Notes under the pieces: generated by a model
What the model was told of the DNA's origin: nothing
Database searches by the model: none
The model's input: only the letters and a program-made list of their open reading frames with translations
Made by a program: the position numbers and the translations under genes
Part shown: piece after piece, positions 55,057 to 64,000 of the stretch
Layout of the letters: every line of letters starts with the position of its first letter
Position numbering within the stretch: the first letter of the stretch is position 1
From: a bacterium
Lineage (GTDB): Bacteria > UBA8248
Reading direction: 5' to 3'
DNA: 64,000 nucleotides
Assembly: GCA_965213685.1 (NCBI GenBank)
Contig: CBDBZY010000031.1
Span: 1-64,000 of the forward strand

Positions 55057-55146
55057 TCGGTCCTTGCCTTCCGTTCGCCCACGCCGTCGGTTCGGTGCGG
55101 GCCATATCGTTTTTTCTCGCCGCCGGACCGAATGAGGAAGCCCGCA

Positions 55147-57865
55147 TCACTCCCCCTCCTCCCTCTTCAAAAGCTGTCGGAGCACATACTGCAGGATGCC
55201 GCCGTGCTGGTAGTAGGCCACCTCGTTGGGCGTGTCGATGCGGACGATGGCGTCGAATGCGACGGGTTCGCCGCCGCCGCTCCCCTCCGGTGCGGCGGTG
55301 ACCCGCACCTTCCTGGCCTCGCCCTGTGCCAGGCCGTCGATGTCGAACACCTCCCGGCCCGTGAGCCCCAGGCTCCCGGCGGTGTCGCCCGGCTGGAACT
55401 GAAGCGGTAGCACGCCCATGCCGACCAGGTTCGAGCGGTGGATGCGCTCGAAGCTCTCGGCGATGACCGCCTTGATTCCCAGCAGGCTCGACCCCTTGGC
55501 GGCCCAGTCGCGCGAGGAGCCCGTGCCGTATTCCTTGCCGCCCAGAACGACGAGGGGGACGCCCGCCTCCCGATACTCCATCGCCGCATCGTAAATGGGC
55601 ATGACCCTGTTCGTCGGGAAATGGGTGGTGAAGCCGCCCTCGGTGCCCGGGGCCACCCGGTTCCTCAGCCGCACGTTGGAGAACGTGCCGCGCATCATCA
55701 CCTCATGGTTCCCGCGCCGGGAGCCGTAGCTGTTGAAATCATTGGGCAGAACGTCGTTCATCACCAGAAACTGGCCGCCCGGGCTGTCGCGCTTGATGGC
55801 ACCGGCCGGCGAGATGTGATCCGTCGTCACCGAATCGCCCAGAAGCGCCAGGCAGCGCGCCCCCCGGATGTCCTCAACGGGCGCGGGCACCGGCTGCATC
55901 CCCTCAAAATAGGGCGCCTTCCGGATGTAGGTGGACATGTCGTCCCACGCGAAGAGGCTGCCCTCCGGCGTCGGGATGCCCTGCCAGCGCAGGTCGCCCC
56001 GGAAAACATCGCCATAGCTCTTCTCGAACATGTCCGCCTTCACGTGGTTCATGACGGTATCCTGGAGCTCGCGCCGGGTGGGCCAGATATCCCGGAGGTA
56101 GACGGGATTGCCGTCCGCATCCTCGCCCAGTGCCTCCGTCGCGATGTCCAGGTCCATCCGGCCGGCGATGGCGTAGGCGACCACCAGGGGCGGGGAGGCC
56201 AGAAAGTTCATGCGCACCTCGGCGTGCACGCGGCCCTCGAAATTCCGGTTGCCCGAGAGCACCGAGCAGGCGACGAGGTCGCCCTCGGCCACCCGCCTTC
56301 GAGATGTGCGCGGGCAGGGGGCCGGAGTTTCCGATGCACGTGGTGCAGCCATATCCCACGTTGTGAAAGCCCAGTCGCTCGAGATAGGGGATGAGTCCCG
56401 CACTCCGCAGGTACTCCGTCACCACCATGGAGCCCGGCGCCAGCGACGTCTTCACCCAGGGCTTCACCTGCAGCCCCCGCTCCGCCGCCTTCTTCGCCAC
56501 CAGGCCCGCGCCCAGCATCACGGACGGGTTCGACGTGTTGGTGCAGCTCGTGATGGCGGCGATGACGACGGCGCCATGCGTCATCTCGTAGGTTCTGGCG
56601 CCCTCTCGCACCGTGACCGCAGCGGCGGGCGCCACGGCCGTCGCGCCGTCCGCGCCTCCCAGCTCGCCCAGCATTTTGTCGAGCTCCCGCTCGAAGGCGG
56701 CCTTGGCGTCGGTCAACGCGATGCGATCCTGCGGGCGCTTGGGGCCGGAGATGCTCGGAACGACGTCCCCCAGGTCGAGCTCCAGCGTGTCGGTATAGGT
56801 CGCCTCGGGGGAATCCGCCTCCCGGAACATGCCCTGCGCCCTGGCGTAGGCCTCCACGAGCGCGATTCGCTCCGCCGGCCTGCCCGTGAGTTGCATATAT
56901 TTCAGCGTTTCATCGTCGATGGGGAAGATGCCGCAGGTGGCGCCGTACTCGGGCGCCATGTTGGCGATCGTCGCGCGATCGGCCAGGGGCAGGTGGTCCA
57001 GGCCCGGGCCGTAGAACTCCACGAACTTGCCGACCACGCCCTTCTCCCGGAGCATCTGGACGACCGCCAGGACGAGGTCCGTGGCCGTGGCGCCCTCGAT
57101 CAGAACCCCGGAGAGCCGAAAGCCGATCACGTCCGGGATGAGCATCGAGTACGGCTGGCCCAGCATGGCGGCCTCGGCCTCGATTCCGCCGACGCCCCAG
57201 CCCAGCACGCCCATGCCGTTGATCATCGTGGTGTGGGAGTCCGTGCCCACGACGGTGTCGGGGAAGGCGCGCGTGACGCCCCCCCTCTCGTCCGTCCCCA
57301 CCACCGGGGAGAGGAACTCCAGGTTCACCTGGTGGACGATGCCGGTATCCGGCGGCACCGCCCGAAAGTTGCGAAACGCGCCCTGTGCCCAGCGGAGAAA
57401 GGCGTAGCGCTCGGTATTCCTGTCGTATTCCAGCTGCGCGTTGTTCTCCAGGGCCGTCCTCGTGCCGAACTCATCCACCTGAACGGAATGATCGATGACC
57501 AGGTCCACAGGCTGCAGGGGGTTGATGAGGTCCGGGTCGCCGCCCAGCGCCTTCATGGCGTCGCGCATGGCGGCGAGGTCCACCACGACGGGAACGCCCG
57601 TAAAATCCTGCAGCAGAACGCGGCTCGGCATGAAGCCGATCTCTTTGGCCGGGTTGTTCTTCGCATCCCAGGAGGCGAGCGCCTCGACGTCGGCGGGGCG
57701 CACGGAGCGCCCGTCCTCGTTTCGCAGGAGATTCTCCAGCAAAACCTTCATGGCGAAGGGGAGCCTGTCGACGTCGCCCTTGCCTTCCAGGGCGCGAATC
57801 CGGTACATCTCATGGGTTTTCCCGCCCACCTCGAGGGAGGAGCGGGCGCCAAAGGTGTTGTTCAT
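55147..57865 (-). CDS. acnA: Aconitate hydratase A (apparent +1 G frameshift ~56293)
   Basis: [57 protein letters not shown]. Confidence 0.95.
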
Positions 57866-58120
57866 CGTTCCCCTCATTCAGGCAGGAGTCCCGCCGCCCG
57901 CGTAATATCACGGAAGGCCCGGCTCCGCCCCGTCAAACGCTCCCTGCGTTCAGAACCGCTCCCGGGGGCGATTCCGGCAAAAAGCTATGCCCGAAGCTCG
58001 AAACTATGCCCGGCTGAATCGTATGGAATGGCGGAAAAACGACTTGCTCTGGCGGCATGATACCACAAACGCGCGGAGAGGAGGAGAGCGATTCCGGGCG
58101 GGTGCGCGGGAAAACGCCTC

Positions 58121-58546
58121 TCATGCGTTTTTCACGACCATGTAGGTGGCGGAGGCGAAGCAGGCCAGCTTCTCCTCCTCGCCCAGAACCCGAATCTCCC
58201 ACACCGAGGTTTTCCGGCCGAGGTGCAGTGCCTTCGCCTCGCCGACGAGGACGCCCTGCGAGGCGGGCCGCAGGAAATTGACCTTCATCTCCACCGTCAT
58301 CACTTCCGTGCCGATGGGGTAGCTCACGTAGCTGCCCACGCCCCCGGCGGTATCCGCCAACGCCGCCAGCGCACCGCCGTGCACCACTCCGTGGGGCTGA
58401 AAAAGAGCGGGGCGAACCGGCAGGCCGACCCGGGCGAATCCCCTGCGCGCCTCGAGAACCTCAAAGCCCATGACGTCGTTGAAATTCCCGCGCCAGCGAT
58501 CCCGAAATATCTTTTCGACGTCCTCCCTGCTCCACGACGATTCCAT
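58121..58546 (-). CDS. PaaI family thioesterase
   Basis: QPHGVVHGG....LAD, KVNFLRP. Confidence 0.9.
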   Translation of the reverse strand: MESSWSREDVEKIFRDRWRGNFNDVMGFEVLEARRGFARVGLPVRPALFQPHGVVHGGALAALADTAGGVGSYVSYPIGTEVMTVEMKVNFLRPASQGVLVGEAKALHLGRKTSVWEIRVLGEEEKLACFASATYMVVKNA

Positions 58547-58637
58547 CGCTACCCCTTCGGGCGCACATGGACGGACCCGAGGGACGGCGCACCCGGAAGG
58601 GATGCGCGGAGGGTGCGGGCCGGGCCACGCGCGCCGC

Positions 58638-58952
58638 CTAGCCGAATATCTGCGTCGGCACGCGCCCCCAGGCGGACGGGTCGGTGAGGATGTCGCCATC
58701 CTGGTCTTCGTAGGAGAAAAACAGGATTTCGGTCTCCGTCTTCCTGCCCTTCTTCTCCAGGCGGCGCACGGTGATCGTCGGGACGTGCACGCCCAGCTCA
58801 AAGTTTTTCGCATGACTCACCGAAACGACCGCCCCGAACTTGGCGGCACACCGCTCCAGCTGCTCCCTCGTCGTCCGCACCCGACCGTCCGCAAGCACCG
58901 CTCCGCCAAAATTCTCCGTCAGATCGACCACAAAAATATCCGGTTCCAGCAT
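58638..58952 (-). CDS. Hypothetical protein
   Basis: GAGGA RBS, protein-like composition. Confidence 0.6.
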   Translation of the reverse strand: MLEPDIFVVDLTENFGGAVLADGRVRTTREQLERCAAKFGAVVSVSHAKNFELGVHVPTITVRRLEKKGRKTETEILFFSYEDQDGDILTDPSAWGRVPTQIFG

Positions 58953-59079
58953 GATGACGTCCTCTCCCTCCGAGCCGGCAAGCGAAGATAGGCGAGAAAT
59001 CCCGAAACACCCCCCGGGCGCCTGAAAGCGCGGAGTCTAGCAAAATCGGGTCGAGAAGTCTTGCGGCGGGGGGAAACCC

Positions 59080-59853
59080 CTACCAGTCCCAGAACAGCGT
59101 GTACGCCCGGCCGGTGACGGGCTGTCTCTCTTCCCACTCCAGGCACATCTGGCCGGTTCCGCTCAGTATCCGGGGATACATCCGGCGCTTGTTGAAGCTG
59201 TTGGACGCCCCTTGCGACTCCTCCCGCCGGGCGCCCACGATTTTCCGGCCGGCGGGCAGCAGCACCTCGAGCCGAAACGCCTCGGTGGGGTACTCCACGA
59301 CGAGGGTGACCCATTCGTTTCGCGTGGTGAACACGTCCCGCAAGGCCAACTCATGCCGCACCTCGAAAACCTCCCCGTTGCGGATCGCCTCCGGCAGCGG
59401 GAGGGATGCGGAAAAATCCGCTCCGGCGCCCTCGGAGATGCGATACTCCAGGGGCGTCCAATCGGGCGCGCGGCTCTGGGCCTCCTCGATCACCCGATAG
59501 GAATACGCCGCCTCCCGCGCTCCGCTGCCCGTATGGTAGCGCGTCCGTATCCGGGAGAGTTTTCGCAGGGCCAGGCAGCGCCGGACGCCCTCCATGCGCG
59601 CCTCTCTGCCCGCGATGTCCTGGATCGCGTAGGTGCGGGCGTTGAACAGCACGCGATAGTCATAGACGTTGTGTCTTTGCTTCTCCCCCGAAAGAGCGGA
59701 ATCGGAGGGGGGCTCCCCTCCCTCGATGCGGCGGATGCGGGCCTCGAGCGCGCCCATCTTCTTCGCCAGCTCGCGCTGCTGCTGGAGAATCGAAGAAATT
59801 GCGCCGGAGAGCTCCTCGAGTGCGCCCTCCGAGCCGGGGTCCTTGTCCGCCAT
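59080..59853 (-). CDS. Hypothetical protein (N-terminal coiled coil, beta-rich C-terminus)
   Basis: GGGAG RBS, host-like codon use; ends Y...WDW. Confidence 0.65.
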   Translation of the reverse strand: MADKDPGSEGALEELSGAISSILQQQRELAKKMGALEARIRRIEGGEPPSDSALSGEKQRHNVYDYRVLFNARTYAIQDIAGREARMEGVRRCLALRKLSRIRTRYHTGSGAREAAYSYRVIEEAQSRAPDWTPLEYRISEGAGADFSASLPLPEAIRNGEVFEVRHELALRDVFTTRNEWVTLVVEYPTEAFRLEVLLPAGRKIVGARREESQGASNSFNKRRMYPRILSGTGQMCLEWEERQPVTGRAYTLFWDW

Positions 59854-59995
59854 GCTCCCCCCAGTCCTCGCGCCGCGCGCCCCGACCGAACGGCCCGCGG
59901 CGGCGGCTTCAGCGTTTTCCCCGCCACCTGAGCAATCCCGCCATCTGGGAAATGGTATATCAAGATACAGCACGCCCCGCGACCCGGGGAATCGC

Positions 59996-61139
59996 CTATC
60001 GCGAGGCGGATCGCGAAGCGCCGTCCCCCGGTGCGATGCGGCGCGGATCCGCCAGTTGTCCGCACGCCGCGAGGATGTCCCCCGCCCTTGCTGATGCGGA
60101 TGGTGGCGAGGACGCCCGCGGCCCGCAACGTCTGACGAAACTCCTCGATTCGCCCGTCGTCCGGCCGCCCGTAGGGTGCCCCCGGAAACGGATTCCACGG
60201 AATCAGGTTCACCTTGCACCTCAGGCCGCGCAACAGCCGCGCGAGTCCCCTGGCATTCTGGCCGGAATCGTTCACGCCCCGGAGCATGACATATTCAAAA
60301 GTGATGCGCCGCCGTTCGGGGATGGGCAGTTTGCGGCATTCATCGACGAGTGCTTGCAGGCTCCATTTCCGGTTGACGGGCACCAACGCGCCCCTGGTCT
60401 CGTCATCCGCCGCGTGAAGCGACACGGCCAACCCCACGCCCGGGGCGGCGGCCACGAAATCCCGGAGCCTGGAGACGACCCCCACCGTGGAGACGGTGAG
60501 CCTTCTGGGGCTGACGGCGCCCGCGTCCGGGTGGGTGAGGATTTTCACGGCGGCGACGGTGGCGTCGAAATTATCGAGCGGCTCCCCCATGCCCATGAAC
60601 ACGACGTTATGAAAACGCTCCCCTTCCGGCAGGCGTCTCCTCGCGGCGAGAAACTGGCCGACGATCTCGCCCGCCGTCAGGTGGCGGACAAAACCCATCT
60701 TCGCCGTGAGGCAAAACGCGCACCCCATCGCGCACCCCACCTGGGTGGAGACGCAAAGCGCCCACCGCGTCGCGCCGCGGACGCTCCGCATCGGTATCCT
60801 GACGCTCTCCACGCGCGCGCCGTCGCCCAGGCGCCACACATATTTTTCCGTCCCGTCCACGCTCCTGGCCTCCCGCTCCAGCTCGAGTGCCTCTATGCGG
60901 GCCGCGCGCTCCAGCTTCGCCCGGAAATCCCGGGGGACGTTCGTCATCCGCGAGAATTCCCGCACGCCGCGGGCATACAGCCAGGAGAAGATTTGCCGCC
61001 CCCTGTATGCGGCCTCGCCCATCCGCTCGCACAACGAGACGAGCTGCGCCTCGTCCATGCCAACCAGCGGGACAGGTTCGGGGGAGGGCGGCGGACCCGC
61101 CCGGTCGGGGGAGGCCTGGAAACGCGCGTCCTGTTTCAT
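59996..61139 (-). CDS. rlmN: Dual-specificity RNA methyltransferase RlmN (apparent +1 G frameshift ~60080)
   Basis: STQVGC.MGC.FC.T, MGMGEP, NLIPWNP; repair restores G.DI.AACGQL. Confidence 0.93.
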
Positions 61140-61229
61140 CAACGCACCCACGGTGGTATGGTTTGCCCGTTTTCCTTCGCGCATGAATCATACCACGACC
61201 ATCCATGCCGGGACGGGGAGTGTTCGCTC

Positions 61230-61865
61230 GTGGCCATACGCGCGCTTCTTTTAGACCACGACGGCACGCTTGTCGACAGCTACGAGGGAATCGCGAAGTG
61301 CATGCGCCTCACCTGCCGCGACCTCGGCGTGCCCGATGTGTCGGACGCGGAAATTCTCGCATCCATCGGCCCCACGATCGAGGAGAGATTCGCCGAACTC
61401 TGGGGAGAGGATGCGGCCGGCGAGGCGGTGCGCCTCTACCGCTCCCATTACGAGGCGCATAACATCGCGGGCACCCGCGCCGTTCCGGGGGCGCGGAAAA
61501 CGCTCGAAGCCCTCGCGGGCCGGGGCATCCTGATGGCTTGCGTATCGAACAAGACATGGTTCTTCTGCGAGCGGCAGCTGGCGCACGTCGGGCTTCTTCC
61601 CTATATCGAGACGGTGCTGGGGCACCGCCAGGGATACGCGCCGAAGCCGGACCCCGAGATGCTGTTCGCCGCCCTCGAATCGCTGGGCGTGCCGCCCGAG
61701 GAGGCGCTCATGATCGGGGATACGACGACGGACATACGGGCCGCCAGAAACGCATCCATCCCGGTATGGATCGTCCGGGGGAAATATGCGCAGCCCGATG
61801 AGATACAAAAATGGCGCCCGGACAAATACCTGGAGAAACTGGACGACATCCTGCAATTTTTATGA
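61230..61865 (+). CDS. HAD family hydrolase (phosphoglycolate phosphatase-like)
   Basis: DHDGTLVDS, SNK, KPDP, IGD...DI. Confidence 0.9.
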   Translation: MAIRALLLDHDGTLVDSYEGIAKCMRLTCRDLGVPDVSDAEILASIGPTIEERFAELWGEDAAGEAVRLYRSHYEAHNIAGTRAVPGARKTLEALAGRGILMACVSNKTWFFCERQLAHVGLLPYIETVLGHRQGYAPKPDPEMLFAALESLGVPPEEALMIGDTTTDIRAARNASIPVWIVRGKYAQPDEIQKWRPDKYLEKLDDILQFL

Positions 61866-61982
61866 TTTTTCATGTTGCGGGCCGCGCGCGTCCCATATCA
61901 TGGGCGCCTATCCTCGCCCGCGCGGAATCCGCAGAGGGCGCCTGTGCCGAAAAAAGCCGCATCGCGCCCGGGAAACGGAATC

Positions 61983-62693
61983 ATGAACGCGACGGCCGCC
62001 GCCAAAAAGCGAAAAATCCGGGCACTGGCGGACAGGCTCCTCTCCCGCTTCGGCAAGCCGGGGCGCGTCATGCGGCGCGACCTGCTCGACGCCCTGGTGG
62101 AAACCCTCCTCTCGCAAAGCACGACCGACCACAATCGCGACATGGCGTTCCGCTCCCTGAAAAAAACGTTTTCCGGCTGGGATGAAATCGCCGACGCCCC
62201 CCGGACGGCCCTCGCCCAAGCGGTTCGCTCCGCTGGTCTGGGAAACCAGAAGGCCGGGCGCATCCGGGATTTCCTCCGGTGGCTTCGCGCGGATCGCGAA
62301 CAGCTCTCCCTGGAGTTCCTGCATGAGGAGCCGGATGATTTCGCCGTGCGGTATCTCACCCGGCACAAGGGCATCGGCGTCAAGACCGCGTATGTCACCC
62401 TGATGCTGGCGTCGGGCCGGGACCTGTTCGCCGTCGACGTCCACATCCACCGCATCATGACGCGCCTGGGCGTCATCGGGGAGAAAACCACGCCCGAGAA
62501 ATCGCACGCCGAGCTCGCGCCGCTCATCCCGAGGGGGCGCGCCCATGAACTGCACATGAACATGCTGCGCTTCGGCAGAACCATCTGCACCGCCCGCAAC
62601 CCCCGATGCGCGGATTGCGACATGCGGCGCATGTGCCGCTACTACCGCGATGCGAGACGCGACGCCGCCTCTGCGAAACCCGGAAAATCATGA
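61983..62693 (+). CDS. nth: Endonuclease III family DNA glycosylase
   Basis: LSQST, GIG.KTA, VD.H..R, C.ARNPRC..C.....C. Confidence 0.88.
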   Translation: MNATAAAKKRKIRALADRLLSRFGKPGRVMRRDLLDALVETLLSQSTTDHNRDMAFRSLKKTFSGWDEIADAPRTALAQAVRSAGLGNQKAGRIRDFLRWLRADREQLSLEFLHEEPDDFAVRYLTRHKGIGVKTAYVTLMLASGRDLFAVDVHIHRIMTRLGVIGEKTTPEKSHAELAPLIPRGRAHELHMNMLRFGRTICTARNPRCADCDMRRMCRYYRDARRDAASAKPGKS

Positions 62694-63586
62694 ACTGGAT
62701 TCAGCTGATCGGCCCCGGGGAGCTGCTGGCCATCGCGTCCTCCATCACGTTCTCCGTGGCGCAAACCTTTCTCCGGCAAGGCATCCGGAGCGTATCCCCC
62801 CTGGCCACCGCCCTGATCGTCAACGGAATCGTCAGCGTGGGGGGGCTCGTCATCTCCCTCATGAAAGGCACCCTCCTCACGTCCAGGCCTGCGACGATCC
62901 TCTGGTATGCCGCCGTGGGCGCCACGGGCCCCACGATCGGAAGATATTGCTACCTGATAGCCGTCTCCCGCATCGGCCTCAGCCGCACCGTGCCCATCTC
63001 GTCTGCGGCCCCCATCTGGGGAACCCTCTTCGCCGTCCTGTTCCTGGGCGAGGCGCCGACGCCCGTCGTCCTGTTCGGCACCCTCGGCATCGTCGTCGGC
63101 GTATCCATCCTCGGCATACAGGACGACAGGTCGCAATCTTTCAGAAGCTGGTTTCAGGGGGCGCTGATATTTCCGCTCATCGCATCGCTCGCCTATGCGG
63201 CGGCGCCCATCTTCGCCAAACTCGCCTATACGCATCAGTTGACGCCCGCCGTCGGCATGGCCGTCTCCTTCACCACGGCCAACTGCCTTCTTCTGGCCGC
63301 AAAGCCCATCCTGCCCGGGCAAAAAGACATCTGCGGGGACAGAGCTGGCCTCATCTGGGTGGGAGGCGCGGGCCTCATCGGCGTTTGCAGCTCCTACATG
63401 CTCTGGACGGCTTTTACCCTCTCCAGCGTATCCACCGTCCTGCCACTGAGCCGAATCGCGCCGATCTGGGTGCTGATTCTCAGCTATTTTTTCCTGGGGA
63501 AACTCGAAACGATCAACTACAAGACCGTGCTGGCCACCATCTGCGTCGTCATCGGCGGAGTGCTGATCACCGCTTTCCGGAACTAG
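62690..63586 (+). CDS. DMT/EamA family transporter
   Basis: About 10 TMs in two repeats, LFLGE motif. Confidence 0.85.
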   Translation: MNWIQLIGPGELLAIASSITFSVAQTFLRQGIRSVSPLATALIVNGIVSVGGLVISLMKGTLLTSRPATILWYAAVGATGPTIGRYCYLIAVSRIGLSRTVPISSAAPIWGTLFAVLFLGEAPTPVVLFGTLGIVVGVSILGIQDDRSQSFRSWFQGALIFPLIASLAYAAAPIFAKLAYTHQLTPAVGMAVSFTTANCLLLAAKPILPGQKDICGDRAGLIWVGGAGLIGVCSSYMLWTAFTLSSVSTVLPLSRIAPIWVLILSYFFLGKLETINYKTVLATICVVIGGVLITAFRN

Positions 63587-63653
63587 CCCTCCCCGGGGGG
63601 AGGCCGAGACGCCCCCCTCTCCGGACAACGCCCGAACGCCCGCGCCCAGCCCC

Positions 63654-64000
63654 CTACCGGCCCGCCGCCGCCTCCGCCACGCGGGGGGAGTACGCGAGGT
63701 CGTCCACCTGGGGCGGGTCCTCGAGAAAGCCCGCCGCCTTCAGCGACAGCACGTCGTTCGTCCCGTCCGAATGCAGGAAACTCAGGGCGTCGCGCATGAG
63801 TTTCTCGATGGGATTTTTTCGCATATACCCCGCCGCACCCCAAAGCTCCATCGCCGCCTGGCACACCTGCACGGCGGACTCGGAGGCGAACACCTTGCTC
63901 AGCATCGCGTTTTTCCTGTCCATCTCGTCGAGCTGGGTGCTCCACGCCGTGCGCCACAGATAGGAGCGGGACGCCTCGATCTTCATCGCCATGCGCGCGA
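63654..64000 (-). CDS. Acyl-CoA dehydrogenase, C-terminal part (partial)
   Basis: KVFASE, GAAGYM...IEKLMRDA, DGT. Confidence 0.85.
   Translation of the reverse strand, partial: ARMAMKIEASRSYLWRTAWSTQLDEMDRKNAMLSKVFASESAVQVCQAAMELWGAAGYMRKNPIEKLMRDALSFLHSDGTNDVLSLKAAGFLEDPPQVDDLAYSPRVAEAAAGR

Noticed and set aside
58841-58852. attR-like duplicate of tRNA-Lys 3' end (TGGCGGCACACC)
   Set aside because: Only 12 bp, inside a CDS, no integrase, and the enclosed region contains fumC and acnA

Overview
GC-rich bacterial chromosomal window, mostly housekeeping and catabolic genes (cdaA, yajQ, amtB, gltBD, metF, sod, fumC, acnA, rlmN, nth, tRNA-Thr, tRNA-Lys). The left half (~345-30850) carries a phage virion gene set split into five islets. 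All are on the minus strand and in Mu-like late-gene order: HTH regulator > holin > gp26/gp27-like > terminase, portal > protease-capsid, neck, tail tube, tail chaperone. Ordinary host genes separate the islets, and no integrase, transposase or replication gene is visible. Three islets have the same promoter architecture: two 10-bp direct repeats (CGCRWYYYSS), exactly 26 bp, then a TAnnnT -10 box. This suggests a co-regulated, domesticated, gene-transfer-agent-like system rather than a decaying prophage. The window also has three UGA-readthrough selenoprotein genes with SECIS-like hairpins, and a methyltransferase with a G20 tract and an internal deletion. About eleven +1 frameshifts, nearly all in G runs, look like long-read errors. 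All family calls are by eye from motifs and gene order; no searches were run.
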